DNA from: an uncultured bacterium
GTDB lineage: Bacteria > Patescibacteriota > Minisyncoccia > Phycocordibacterales > GWA1-40-21
Length of the DNA: 64,000 nucleotides
Direction of reading: 5' to 3'
NCBI GenBank assembly: GCA_903832855.1
Contig: CAILDB010000014.1
Span: 144-64,143 of the forward strand
Shown one piece after another: positions 9,344 through 20,644 of this stretch. Each line of letters opens with the position of its first letter. Within the stretch, counting starts at the first letter, position 1. A program made the translations under genes and the position numbers. The notes beneath the pieces are model-generated. The model did no database searches. It was not told the DNA's origin and worked only from the letters and a program-made list of their open reading frames with translations.

Positions 9344-10873
9344 ATGAAATTAGTGAAAACAGTAAAAGAAAAACTTCAAGAATTTAAAGGAATACCAACA
9401 GAGGTTTGGGAAGTTTCAGAGAAACTCAAAGATGCTGGCTTTGAGGCCTATTTGATTGGAGGTTGTGTGAGAGATATTTTACTTGATATTGAAGCAAATG
9501 ATTGGGACATTACGACAAATGCAAATCCAGAACAAATTATTGCAACTTTTGAAAAAACTTTTTATGAAAATACTTATGGCACTGTCGGCGTGGTAAATGA
9601 AACAACAAAAAATGAGAAGGTGAGGGTAATTGAAGTGACTCCATACCGCTTAGAGTCAGAATATTCAGACAATCGCAGACCAGATGCCGTTATTTTTAGC
9701 CAAAATCTGGAAGATGATCTAAAAAGAAGGGATTTTACAATAAATGCCATAGCTTTGTCTCTTGAAAGTTTTGATGGTAAAAAAGAAATTTATAAAGGAC
9801 ATTTAGTTGATCTTTATAAAGGACAAGAAGACCTGGCAGATAAGATTGTGAGGACAGTAGGGGATCCGGACGAAAGATTTGCAGAAGATGGACTTAGAAT
9901 TTTGCGTGCTGTAAGAATTGCAAATTATATTGGTTTCAAAATGGATAAAAAAACGGAAGAAGCCGTCAAGAAAAATTCCGATCTACTTTCAAAAATTGCA
10001 AAAGAAAGAATCCGTGATGAATTTGTAAAAATAATTACATCACCTACACCAATGAAAGGAATTTTGAAATGCTTGGAGGTTAATATTTTGAGATTTATTA
10101 TCCCCGAACTCGAAAAAACCATAAGCATCGAACAAAAAGGCGCTCATATTTATGATGTTTGGGAACATTTGCTCAGAAGTTTGCAATATTCTGCAGACAA
10201 AAACCTTGCTTTGGAAATCAGATTGGCTGCTCTACTGCACGATATTGGCAAACCAAAGTCTAGAAGAGCAGGAGAAAATGGAGAAAAATGGACTTTCTAT
10301 GGCCATGAAGTTGTCAGCACCAGAATGTCTGAAAAAATTCTTACTGATTTAAAATTTTCAAAAAAAGTTATTGAAAAAACAGTCAAACTTATCCGATGGC
10401 ATATGTTTTTTGCAGACACAGAACAGATTACACTTTCCGCAGTGCGAAGAATTATTGCAAAAGTTGGTAAAGAAAATATTTGGGACCTTGTTGAACTGCG
10501 AACTTGCGACAGAATAGGCATGGGTAGACCAAAAGAAGACCCTTACAGACTCAGAAAATATATGGCAATGATAGAAGAAGCGATGAGAGACCCAGTATCT
10601 GTAGGGATGCTTAAAATTGATGGTAAAAAAATAATGGAAGTCACGGAGGAAGTGGCTGGCCCAAAAATCGGCTATATTTTACACGCTTTGCTCGAAGAAG
10701 TGCTTGATAATCCAAAACTAAACACTGAGGAATATTTGGAAGACAGAGCGAGAGATTTTGCAAAATTAGAAATAAAAGAACTTGAAAAAATCGGCAAAGA
10801 AGGCAAAGAAAAAAAAGAAAAAGAGGAGGAGAAAGAATTGGGGGAGATAAGAAAAAGACATTTTGTTAAATAA
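9344..10873 (+). CDS. cca: CCA-adding tRNA nucleotidyltransferase with HD domain
   Basis: GGCVRD, DWDITT, RRDFTINA, EDGLRILR, LLHDIGK motifs. Confidence 0.9.
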   Translation: MKLVKTVKEKLQEFKGIPTEVWEVSEKLKDAGFEAYLIGGCVRDILLDIEANDWDITTNANPEQIIATFEKTFYENTYGTVGVVNETTKNEKVRVIEVTPYRLESEYSDNRRPDAVIFSQNLEDDLKRRDFTINAIALSLESFDGKKEIYKGHLVDLYKGQEDLADKIVRTVGDPDERFAEDGLRILRAVRIANYIGFKMDKKTEEAVKKNSDLLSKIAKERIRDEFVKIITSPTPMKGILKCLEVNILRFIIPELEKTISIEQKGAHIYDVWEHLLRSLQYSADKNLALEIRLAALLHDIGKPKSRRAGENGEKWTFYGHEVVSTRMSEKILTDLKFSKKVIEKTVKLIRWHMFFADTEQITLSAVRRIIAKVGKENIWDLVELRTCDRIGMGRPKEDPYRLRKYMAMIEEAMRDPVSVGMLKIDGKKIMEVTEEVAGPKIGYILHALLEEVLDNPKLNTEEYLEDRARDFAKLEIKELEKIGKEGKEKKEKEEEKELGEIRKRHFVK

Positions 10874-11044
10874 AATAAAACCCCTACATCACGCAGGATG
10901 CAGGGGCCCACTCGGAATTCATACCTAATTAAGTGGGGGTCACTTAGGCATATAGTCCAACGGCGGCGGGGGGAGAGGTGGGTGTTGGCCTTTCGAAATA
11001 AACCATCTCTCTTAGCGGAACGTACAGAACGAACAAACTCCTAT
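10872..11044 (-). ncRNA. Candidate ~170-nt structured RNA (6S-like or small-peptide transcript)
   Basis: TTGACA-16-TACACT promoter (11077-11050), 5'/3' pairing GGAGTTTGT/ATGAATTCC, terminator CCCCTGCATC...GATGTAGGGG-TTTT. Confidence 0.35.
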
Positions 11045-11133
11045 AAAACAGTGTAGCAGAACCACAGAAATTGTCAAGTATTCTTTTATTCCTAAAATAT
11101 TGTATATATGTCCATATAATGTATAATTTAATT

Positions 11134-11493
11134 ATGAAAATAGATACAAATAAATTTGAGAAAAAGTTGAAGGATGAATTGAATCTTGTTGAGACAGAAT
11201 TAAAAACTGTTGCAAGAAAAAATCCAGAAAATAAAAATGACTGGCAGGCAATTCCTGATGATACAGAAAAAGATAGTCCAGATGTAAATGAGGCAGCAGA
11301 TGTAATTGAAGAATTTGGAAACAACGCGGGAATTGCGGACCAACTTGAAATTAGATTAAATGAAATCAAGGACGCACTTGCAAGAATTAAAGACGGTACA
11401 TATGGAATGTGCGGTGTCTGTGGAGAAGAAATTCCTGAAAATCGACTTGAGGCAAATCCTGCAGCGAATACTTGTATAGAGCACGCAAAGTAA
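11134..11493 (+). CDS. TraR/DksA C4-type zinc-finger protein
   Basis: Coiled coil, DVNEAAD tip, GTYGMCGVCGEEIPENRLEANPAANTCIEH. Confidence 0.88.
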   Translation: MKIDTNKFEKKLKDELNLVETELKTVARKNPENKNDWQAIPDDTEKDSPDVNEAADVIEEFGNNAGIADQLEIRLNEIKDALARIKDGTYGMCGVCGEEIPENRLEANPAANTCIEHAK

Positions 11494-11501
11494 AAAATTA
11501 A

Positions 11502-13064
11502 ATGAGTTTTGCAAAAGTTTACAGCGCCCAAACCGTAGGTTTGGGCGCAAAAATAATTGATGTAGAGGTGGACTTATCAAAAGGTCTGCATTCTTTTTCT
11601 ATCGTCGGCCTTCCGGACAAAGCAATTGACGAATCAAAAGACAGAATTTCTGCTTCAATAAAAAATAGCGGATTCAAAGCACCAAAAAATAAAAATCAAA
11701 AAATAGTTATTTCACTTGCTCCGGCAGATATCAAAAAAGAAGGCCCATGTTTTGATACAGCAATGGCCATAGCATACCTGCTTGCAAGTGACGAGATAAG
11801 ATTTGACCCAGAAAAAATACTTTTTATTGGTGAACTTTCTCTTGATGGAAAATTGCGAAGGATTAGTGGCGTCTTGCCGATAGTCGCCGAAGCAAAAAGA
11901 AAAGGTTTTGAAGAAATTTTCTTGCCAAAAGAAAATGCGGTGGAAGGAGCACTTGTAGATGGTATCAAAATCTTTGGAGCAAACTCAATTACTGAAATAA
12001 TTGCTCATATTAATACAAAAGAAACAAAAGACGGCGAGGAAGTAAAAATTTTACCGCAAAAAATTGCAAAACAAATAAAAACAAAAGTTGAAGAAGCGGA
12101 AGATGAGACTTTGATAGATTTTGCAGATATCAAAGGTCAAGAAACAGCAAAAAGGGGATTGGAAATCGCTGCAGCAGGCAGACACAACATCGCAATGTTT
12201 GGGCCACCAGGCACGGGGAAAACAATGCTTGCAAAAGCTTTCCGCCACATTCTGCCTCCGCTTACTTTTGACGAAGTTTTGGAAATCACTTCCATTCATT
12301 CCATCGCAGGCACACTCAAAGAAGATTTAATGTCAAATCCTCCAATCCGTTCACCACATCACACAGCTTCATATGTCTCAATTGTCGGCGGAGGTTCCAC
12401 TCCAAAACCTGGAGAAGTCACACTCGCACACGGAGGCGTTTTATTTTTGGACGAATTTCCAGAATTTGATAGAAAAGTTTTAGAATCACTTCGCGAACCA
12501 CTTGAAGAAGGAGAGATAAGTATTTCTCGAGCAAAAGGTTCCACAACTTTTCCCGCAAATTTTATTTTAATAGCATCAATGAACCCATGCCCATGCGGAA
12601 ACTACGGCTCAAAAGGAAAAGAATGCATTTGCAGAGCTCAAGACATTGCAAGATATCAGAAAAAATTGTCTGGACCGATAATTGACCGTATAGATATGTG
12701 GGTGGAAGTCTCGCAAGTGGATTATGAAAAGCTCGGAGAAAAAACCGTGTCAAAAGAAACCGAAAAAATAAAATCGCGTGTGAAAGAGGCCCGAAAAATC
12801 CAAGAAAAAAGATTTGAAAAAACAAAAAGAAAAACAAATAGCGGAATGTCCTCAAAAGAAATTATAAAAGTTGCAAATGTCACCGACGAAGCAATGGAAA
12901 TCCTCAAATCCTCTGCACAAAAGCTCGGCCTTTCCGCTCGTGCCTATCATCGCGTCATCAAGCTCGCCCGCACCATCGCAGACCTAGAAAAAAGCGATGA
13001 AGTCAAAAATACTCACATCTTGGAGGCCCTCCAATATCGTCCAAAAAATAATTTTGCTTATTAA
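11502..13064 (+). CDS. comM: ComM/YifB Mg-chelatase-like ATPase
   Basis: IVGLPD, GPPGTGKTMLA, PHHTAS, LFLDEFPEF, MNPCPCG. Confidence 0.93.
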   Translation: MSFAKVYSAQTVGLGAKIIDVEVDLSKGLHSFSIVGLPDKAIDESKDRISASIKNSGFKAPKNKNQKIVISLAPADIKKEGPCFDTAMAIAYLLASDEIRFDPEKILFIGELSLDGKLRRISGVLPIVAEAKRKGFEEIFLPKENAVEGALVDGIKIFGANSITEIIAHINTKETKDGEEVKILPQKIAKQIKTKVEEAEDETLIDFADIKGQETAKRGLEIAAAGRHNIAMFGPPGTGKTMLAKAFRHILPPLTFDEVLEITSIHSIAGTLKEDLMSNPPIRSPHHTASYVSIVGGGSTPKPGEVTLAHGGVLFLDEFPEFDRKVLESLREPLEEGEISISRAKGSTTFPANFILIASMNPCPCGNYGSKGKECICRAQDIARYQKKLSGPIIDRIDMWVEVSQVDYEKLGEKTVSKETEKIKSRVKEARKIQEKRFEKTKRKTNSGMSSKEIIKVANVTDEAMEILKSSAQKLGLSARAYHRVIKLARTIADLEKSDEVKNTHILEALQYRPKNNFAY

Positions 13065-14200
13065 AACGGATTCTTTGCTCCGCGAATTTCAAAGTGGACG
13101 TGGGGGCCGGTGGATTTTCCGGTGTTTCCGGAAAGACCTATGACTTGGCCTTGGGCGACATTTTCGCCAGTTGTGACTTCCACATCGCTCATGTGTCCAT
13201 AGACCGTCTGTGTGCCATTGTAGTGTGAAATAATAATATAACTTCCATAACCACCATTCCATCCGCTGGATCTCGCAAGAATTACTTGGCCAGAAGCTGC
13301 CGCCATTATAGGTGTGCCGACTGGTGTAGCAATATCGATAGCATTGTATCCATGCAAACCTTGTGTTTTTCTTCCGCCGACAATAGGTCTCAAGTAATAA
13401 CCGACATCATCTGGACCACTATAACCAGGAATAAGTCGGCTATTTCCTGCTGTTGAACCTGAACTTGACGGAGTTGATGCAACGGAACTTTCACCATCAG
13501 GAATAATAATCTGCTGACCGAGGGCAAGGGGCGCGTTTCTATCTAGATCGTTAAACTGAACGATTTCGTCTAGGTCGCCTTTGTATTTTTTGGCAATACT
13601 TTGTAATGTTTCACCCTTTGTAACGGCGTGAGTGATACCTGAAACAGGCAAAATAACGAGTTGTTGACCAACCTTCAATGTCTTGCTAGTCAAATTGTTT
13701 GCCCACACGATAGTATTTGCAGAAACACCGAACATTTTGCCGACAGAAGTAAGTGTGTCGTTTTGTCTCACAATATAGACACTAATCTGACCGAGGTTTT
13801 GACTTTTGTCTGCTTCAAGCACAGTTCCGGAGGGGCCATTTTCTGAAAGTAGGGCTTCACCGCTCACAATATTGATATCAGCCGTCTTTTGAGCATTTTG
13901 ACCAATAAAATTTGAGCTATCTAAAAGAGGGGTGTCTGTCGTGGCAAAAGAGAAGCCAGTAGATGAACTTGAAGGGGAATTGGTATCATAGGCGATTGCT
14001 TTTGAGTTGGTATTGGAAAAAATCTTTGTTATAAAAGAGAAAAATCCTGCTTGGACAGGATATGGGCTCATCATGGTAAACATAATTGGTAGCAAATAGA
14101 CAATAGACCACTTGAGATAAGTGGCTAAAAATAAGGACTTTTTGGAACCATTAGCCCTACGAGCAGGGGAATAATGGTCTTTTTGGGGGTTTGTAGACAA
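13061..14200 (-). CDS. LysM-repeat M23 peptidase
   Basis: Two LysM repeats, HGYNAID and GPHVHFE motifs. Confidence 0.9.
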   Translation of the reverse strand: MSTNPQKDHYSPARRANGSKKSLFLATYLKWSIVYLLPIMFTMMSPYPVQAGFFSFITKIFSNTNSKAIAYDTNSPSSSSTGFSFATTDTPLLDSSNFIGQNAQKTADINIVSGEALLSENGPSGTVLEADKSQNLGQISVYIVRQNDTLTSVGKMFGVSANTIVWANNLTSKTLKVGQQLVILPVSGITHAVTKGETLQSIAKKYKGDLDEIVQFNDLDRNAPLALGQQIIIPDGESSVASTPSSSGSTAGNSRLIPGYSGPDDVGYYLRPIVGGRKTQGLHGYNAIDIATPVGTPIMAAASGQVILARSSGWNGGYGSYIIISHYNGTQTVYGHMSDVEVTTGENVAQGQVIGLSGNTGKSTGPHVHFEIRGAKNPF

Positions 14201-14363
14201 AATATGCTTATTATTAGGGCTTTTCTGCTGGTCTGTTTTACTAAATGGCTCTAATTAGCCATTTTTTCAGGATTTCTGTCGTTTCAGGCGTACTAATAAT
14301 GGTACCACCTACAAAGTTTCAGTCAACCGGCAAGTGGATGACCTGTGGATAACTATTTGGGTT

Positions 14364-14556
14364 AAAAATTCTAGGAAACTCAAATTCCTTTCTCACTAAT
14401 GGCTCCGCAATCTAGAAAATCATAGTCAACTTTCTATCGAAAAATTCATGAGTCGCATTCGCTCCGGCAGCCAGATGAATTTTTCAGAAAGTTTCCTTGA
14501 TTTTCTGATTGTTCCGCCAGAGCGTTCGAAAGAAACTTGAGTTTCCTAGAATTTTT
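14364..14556. repeat. ~190-bp hairpin element, family B copy 1
   Basis: 20-bp terminal IR; core shared in inverted orientation with 62023-62210. Confidence 0.85.
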
Positions 14557-14591
14557 TTCAGATATTTGCAATAATATGTTATATTTCTCTG

Positions 14592-16535
14592 GTGGATTAC
14601 TTAAATGGCCTAAATGAACAGCAAAAAGAGGCGGTTTTGGCCAAAGATGGGCCGGTTTTGATAATCGCTGGCGCTGGGGCAGGTAAAACCAAGACAATTA
14701 CCCACAGAATACTGCATTTAATCAAAGAAGGAGTAGCTCCAAGAAACATTTTGGCTATCACTTTTACAAACAAAGCAGCGAGAGAAATGAAAGAGAGGGT
14801 AGAAAAAATAATGAAAGAGGACAAAAGTTTAAATTTTCCTGTAAATACTTTTGAAAAGCCTTTTGTTAGCACGTTTCATTCACTCGGTGTTCACATTTTA
14901 AAAGAAAACGCGCGAGTTCTCGGGCTGACTAGAAATTTTTCAATTATGGACAGGCAGGATTCCACAAAAATTGTTAAAGATGTTTTGAAAAGTCTGGATA
15001 TTGACCCTAAACAGTTTGAGCCGGGGAAAATTTTAAATATTATTTCCAGAGAAAAAGGCGAGATTAATTCTCCAGAAAACTATTCGCAGACCGCAGGAAA
15101 AGGTTTTACGCTTTCAGGAGTTGTGGCAAAAGTCTGGCCAATCTATGAAACAAAACTTCGCGAAGAAAAAGCACTTGATTTTGATGACTTACTTTTGAAG
15201 GCATACTTACTTTTGAAAAATCACAAAGATATTTTGGAAAAATATCAGGAACTTTGGAAATACATCCACATTGACGAGTATCAGGATACAAATAAAGTTC
15301 AATACAAGACGGCAAGACTTCTAGCGGAGAAATACAAAAATATTTGTGTGGTGGGAGATGTAGATCAAAATATTTACAGTTGGCGCGGAGCTGACATTCA
15401 GAATATTTTGGATTTTGAAAAAGATTATCCTGATGCTGTGGTTATTTTACTTGAACAAAATTATCGTTCCACACAAACGATCCTCGCAGTAGCGAACAAA
15501 GTCATAGCAAAAAATAAAAATCGTAAAGAAAAAAATCTTTTTACAAAAAATATTGAAGGTGAAAAAGTATCTTTTTTCAAAGCAAAAAATGAGACAGAAG
15601 AAGCAAGATTTATTGCCAGAAAGTCAAAAGAACTAATAGAAAAGGGTACTGACCCAAAGGAGATTGCAGTGCTATACAGAGCCAATTTTCAGTCGCGAGT
15701 CATTGAAGAGGCGTTTCTGACAGAAAGCACTCCATACCAAGTTTTGGGGACAAAATTTTTTGATAGAAAAGAGATTAAAGATATTTTGTCGTATCTCAAA
15801 GCATCGCTAAATCCGGAAAGTTTGAGTGATATAAAAAGAATAATAAATGTGCCGACAAGAGGAATAGGGAAGGTGACTATTTTAAAAATTTTTGGCGGAG
15901 AAAAAGAAAAATTACCGGCAGGTGTGAAAGAAAAAGTGGACGCCTTTTTTATTTTGCTCGGCAAAATAAAAAAGGCGTCCGAGGATCTCAAACCCTCTGA
16001 TGTAATTAAATTTATCATCACAGAAAGCGGAATTGAAAAAGATTTGATGAACGGAACAGATGAAGAAAAAGAAAGATTGGAAAATATTAAAGAGCTCGCA
16101 ACCCTTGCCACAAAATACGACCATTTTATGCTCAGCGATGGTATTGAAAAACTTTTGGAAGAATCGGCACTCACTACAGATCAAGATTCTTTGGAGAAAA
16201 ATGACAATGCTGTAAAACTTATGACCATTCACGCATCAAAAGGTTTGGAATTTGAATATGTTTTTATCGCAGGGCTTGAAGAAGACTTGTTTCCACATCA
16301 GCCAATCGGAAAAGCGGAAAGAACTCCAGAGGAAGAGGAGGAAGAAAGACGACTTTTTTATGTTGCACTCACCAGAGCAAAAATAAAATTGTTTTTGACA
16401 TATTCTGAAACGAGAACTATTTATGGCTCGCAACAATACAATATGCCTTCCAGATTTTTTGCAGATATTGACAATGAGCACTTAGAAGAGGAGAATTTTG
16501 AATATAGAGAAAAAATAATTTATTTAGAATGGTAA
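14592..16535 (+). CDS. pcrA: UvrD/PcrA helicase
   Basis: AGAGAGKT, DEYQDTN, QNYRST, TIHASKGLEF, EERRLFYVALTRA. Confidence 0.95.
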   Translation: MDYLNGLNEQQKEAVLAKDGPVLIIAGAGAGKTKTITHRILHLIKEGVAPRNILAITFTNKAAREMKERVEKIMKEDKSLNFPVNTFEKPFVSTFHSLGVHILKENARVLGLTRNFSIMDRQDSTKIVKDVLKSLDIDPKQFEPGKILNIISREKGEINSPENYSQTAGKGFTLSGVVAKVWPIYETKLREEKALDFDDLLLKAYLLLKNHKDILEKYQELWKYIHIDEYQDTNKVQYKTARLLAEKYKNICVVGDVDQNIYSWRGADIQNILDFEKDYPDAVVILLEQNYRSTQTILAVANKVIAKNKNRKEKNLFTKNIEGEKVSFFKAKNETEEARFIARKSKELIEKGTDPKEIAVLYRANFQSRVIEEAFLTESTPYQVLGTKFFDRKEIKDILSYLKASLNPESLSDIKRIINVPTRGIGKVTILKIFGGEKEKLPAGVKEKVDAFFILLGKIKKASEDLKPSDVIKFIITESGIEKDLMNGTDEEKERLENIKELATLATKYDHFMLSDGIEKLLEESALTTDQDSLEKNDNAVKLMTIHASKGLEFEYVFIAGLEEDLFPHQPIGKAERTPEEEEEERRLFYVALTRAKIKLFLTYSETRTIYGSQQYNMPSRFFADIDNEHLEEENFEYREKIIYLEW

Positions 16536-17320
16536 TACAAGCAAAAAAATCATTAGGGCAGAATTTCCTTAAAAACAAAGGGGTTTTGGAGAGAATTGTG
16601 GAAACAGGGGAACTTTCTGATGCAGATATCGTACTTGAAGCCGGGCCTGGGGAAGGGGCTCTTACAGAAAAACTTTTACAAAAGGGTTGTAAGGTAGTTG
16701 CTGTGGAAAAAGATCATAGATTAATTGATTTATTGAAAGAGAAATTTGAGAAAGAAATAAAAAGTGAGAAATTTAATTTGATTGAAGGAGATATTTTAGA
16801 ATTTTCGCCGGAAAAGAACGGCTTAACATCCGGAAAATACAAAATAATTGCAAATATTCCTTATTACATTACTGGACTTTTTTTGAGAAAGTTTTTGGAG
16901 ACAGAAATTCAACCGTCAAAAATTGTCGTAATGGTTCAAAAAGAAATTGCCGACAGAATTGTAGCAAAAGATGGAAAAGAAAGCATTCTTTCCATAAGTG
17001 TAAAGGCCTATGGCGAACCAAAAGTGATAATGAAAGTAAGCAGGGGAAGTTTTGACCCAATGCCAAATGTTGATTCTGCAATTTTAGAAATTTCAGATAT
17101 TTCAGAAAACTTTTTCACACAAAATGGAAAAAAAATAGACGAGAAAAAGTTTTTTGAGATAGTAAAAGCCGGTTTTGCTCACAAAAGAAAAATACTTTCA
17201 GCAAATCTAAAAGAAATACTCGGCGAAAATTTGCCACAAATTTTCGCCGAGCTAAATCTCTCTCCCAATGCAAGAGCAGAAGATCTAAAAATTCAAGATT
17301 GGATAAATTTAGCAAAGTAA
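16529..17320 (+). CDS. rsmA: 16S rRNA dimethyltransferase KsgA
   Basis: KSLGQNFL, EAGPGEG, ANIPYYIT. Confidence 0.95.
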   Translation: MVIQAKKSLGQNFLKNKGVLERIVETGELSDADIVLEAGPGEGALTEKLLQKGCKVVAVEKDHRLIDLLKEKFEKEIKSEKFNLIEGDILEFSPEKNGLTSGKYKIIANIPYYITGLFLRKFLETEIQPSKIVVMVQKEIADRIVAKDGKESILSISVKAYGEPKVIMKVSRGSFDPMPNVDSAILEISDISENFFTQNGKKIDEKKFFEIVKAGFAHKRKILSANLKEILGENLPQIFAELNLSPNARAEDLKIQDWINLAK

Positions 17321-17381
17321 AAACCCGCTGTTAGGCGGGTTTTTATTTGCCAAGACAAGGACAGTCTTTGTTCGATTAGAA

Positions 17382-19522
17382 TTACCAATCAAAAAGTTCT
17401 TTTATACCCTGACCCAAAGCGGCCCCTCCAATAAGATAAAGGGCTCCAATAACTAAGCAACCGACTCCGCCAGTAGCCACACAAACCACACCACCAACAA
17501 CACCTGCGGCTATTGCAAGCCCAGTACTCAAACCAGGACTAAAACCACCACCTGACGGATTATTATTACTATTTGGATTTGCAGGATTCACTGGTGTGCC
17601 ATCCGCATTCATACATGCTGGCCCTGTTCCAAGTGGTCCTGATGCATCACCTATCCAAGGAGCACTCAACGCAGGGTTAGCTCCCTGACATATTCCACTT
17701 TCATCTGGTACCTCTCCACCAAGAATTGAGTCCCCAACACTTGGTAACGGTGGGTTATTTTCTCTAAAGGTTATATAGCCAGTGCCAAAAACAGGAGATC
17801 CCGCTTTGCTAGTCCCTATCATACTCCCAGGACTACAAGATTGAATAACTACGGCATAAAGTTTTTCGCCATCGCCGCCCTTATTTGTACACTCTGAAAT
17901 ACTCATAACCTGCCCACCAAATGCTATCGGTGATCCTCCTGCTTCAGTAAGAGGAGGGATTTCTTCCGCAGATGAAGCAAGAAATAATGTAGAAGTAGCT
18001 ATCATAAGATTCGCTGAAGGTGTCAGAGAACTTATCATATTTTGATTTAATGTTGCAATGGCCGCCGTCCCCGTCGCACAAGCGACAGTTATGGTCGTCG
18101 TTCCTTGATACATTGAAGGGTAGATACTCATAGTTGAACTCCCACTGGTCTCGGCAAGGTCTTTTTCATAAAAGCTAGCGACAGTAGAACTCGAGCTTCC
18201 CCTACAGGCAGTAAATCCTGTAGAAACCCAGCTAACTGTAGGATTAATGGGAGAATATGCACTTGAAAGAGTCGATGTAGCATAATTTTTCTTGCCATTT
18301 ATTGTTACACCCAAGCTCTTTGTAGTAGTGGCATTAGAATAATTTGAGATATTTAAAGTAGCAGAAGAAATCATAAGATTGGCAGATGGGCTAAGTGAAC
18401 TCACAAGATTTTGATTTAAGGTTGCAACCGCCGTTGTTCCAGTGGCGCAGGCGATAGTAAATGTTTCCGTACCTACCGCATTAGCAGGAAATGTAATTGG
18501 CATATAACCGCTTGTAGGAACAGTTACACCAGAAAAACCAGTCAAAATAGGATTCGTGGTGGCCTTACAATCAGAGAAGCCGACAGAACCCCAGCTAACA
18601 ATAATGCTAGAAGCAACAGCAGAAGAGGTCGTAGAATAATTACTTGCACCGTTTACTTGAATGACCACACTTTTGGCAGAGTTATCGGCTGGGTCACTGC
18701 TCCCCAAAACAACCGTGTTTGCACCATTATTTGTATTATTTGTGTTATTTGAAGGGGCACTTATCACCGTCATTGTAACACTATCAGAGACTAGACCGTT
18801 CGGGCCAACACAAGTCATTACAAACTCACCAGAAGTGACAACATTTGTGATAGAATCTGTTCCAAAAACTGGTTTAACTTGATTTCCTCCAGAAACACAG
18901 GAAGTCACATTGTGAGATGTCCAAATAATAGTTGCCGTACCTCCATGTCCAATTTGCACATTGTCATCTTGTCCATTTACCTTCAAATCCACACTTGGTC
19001 TCTGCGCTTCTGGAATATTTACATTTGTGACAATACTCAAAATAGCGTTAATCTTAGCCCTAGTTACTTCGTCCGTAATTCCTGTTGGCTCAAAATTATA
19101 GAGATTTTGAAATTTAATGAGTGCCGTCTTCGTTGCAGGACCAAAATAGGTAGTTTCATGGCCCGATGAGCCATTTCCCGAGGTGGCAACCACAGTATTC
19201 GGGTCAGAATTAAGCACTTTTTGCAAAAGAAGCACTTCTGGGTCAGTCATTCCTTGTTTTAACTCCTTGCTTATGCGTGTAGCAGAATTGGAAAGTGCTG
19301 CCCTGATGACAGACCTCGCAAGATCAGCTTTTTCAGGCGAAATAACACCAATTGTAATAAGCGTCTCAACAAAATCAATAAGTTCTTGAGAATTATCTGC
19401 TATAGCTACAGTTGAAGTTGAGGTCAAAGTTGTAGCACTTGCAGAAAGATAAAAAGCCGGAAAAGAAGTTACAAAAAAATTGCGATAAAAATAGAAACGA
19501 GAGTTTTTCTAAAATATAACAT
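17382..19522 (-). pseudogene. Secreted peptidoglycan-binding repeat protein with a frameshifted signal peptide
   Basis: 681-codon ORF (17382-19427) with PG-binding motif LQKVLN...YFGPATKTALIKFQ; ATG 19522 signal peptide is out of frame at a T7 tract. Confidence 0.7.
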
Positions 19523-19626
19523 ATAAATATGTGATTAATTTTTAATAAAAAATACGAAATATAACTGTTCACAATTATATCACAAAATCATTTGCAAGAT
19601 ACTAGCCCTGTTGATATAATTGCCCT

Positions 19627-20601
19627 ATGAATCTTGACAAGAAATATTTGCCATCAAGAAAATTTATTATTTCTCTTTCTACGGTTATTGCTTTGGTAAT
19701 TATTATTGTTGCTGTGAGATATGCTTGGACTGGGAAAAAAGAAACACTTGTTTTGGGTAATCAAGAAATAACTACTCAAGATATTGCAAATATTAAAACG
19801 ATTGATACCGATAATGATGGCCTCCCCGACTGGGAAGAGGCACTTTGGAAAACAGACCCCAAAAATCCCGACACAGACGGAGATGGCACCCCTGACGGTG
19901 CAGAAATAGACGCTGGCAGAGATCCTCTAGTTGCAAACACTGCAGGCCCAGGCAAGGAGCCGAATGATAAAATTGATCCAAAAATTATTGCTAGTAACAC
20001 TGCAGATGATGCAGAGTGGAACTCTCTGAACGAAACGCAAAAATTTGGAAGAATGCTTTTGTCGGATTATATTGCCGTGCAACCAGCTGATGGCTCTGCA
20101 CTCACCACAGACCAAACAAATCAACTCGTGCAAAATGCAGCTGCAAATACACCTGAGATACAACTTCAGCAAAAATATCTCATTGAAAATATTTCAATAA
20201 TTGATAATCCAACAGCAAAAGATATTTCAAATTATTCTACAGAATTTTATAAGATTTTTAATAATGAAGTAAAAAATAATTTATTATCAGAATTTTCTAT
20301 TTTGGACACATATGCTACCAATAATGATCCAAAAGTACTGAAGGGTTTGGATAAAATTATTGCATCCTACCAAAAATCCGCACAGGATATGATTAATATT
20401 AAGACTCCGGCAGAGATTGCTGATAGCCAATTATTATATGCAAATTCCTTGTATGACCTTTCTTCTCTTGCTACAAAATTAAAAGAAGCCGAAAATAATT
20501 CATTAATAGTGATAACTGCATTTAGTAAATATAGCGATGTTATAAACAATTTAAATCAAGCTCTTCAGAGTATTGGTTCGTATGTATCCAGAAATATGTA
20601 A
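19627..20601 (+). CDS. Membrane-anchored protein with DxDxDG (TSP3-like) Ca-binding repeats
   Basis: N-terminal TM; DTDNDGLPDWEE, DTDGDGTPDGAE. Confidence 0.75.
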   Translation: MNLDKKYLPSRKFIISLSTVIALVIIIVAVRYAWTGKKETLVLGNQEITTQDIANIKTIDTDNDGLPDWEEALWKTDPKNPDTDGDGTPDGAEIDAGRDPLVANTAGPGKEPNDKIDPKIIASNTADDAEWNSLNETQKFGRMLLSDYIAVQPADGSALTTDQTNQLVQNAAANTPEIQLQQKYLIENISIIDNPTAKDISNYSTEFYKIFNNEVKNNLLSEFSILDTYATNNDPKVLKGLDKIIASYQKSAQDMINIKTPAEIADSQLLYANSLYDLSSLATKLKEAENNSLIVITAFSKYSDVINNLNQALQSIGSYVSRNM

Positions 20602-20644
20602 CGCAAGAAAATTAATTATTTATTTGATATAATATATAAGTAAA

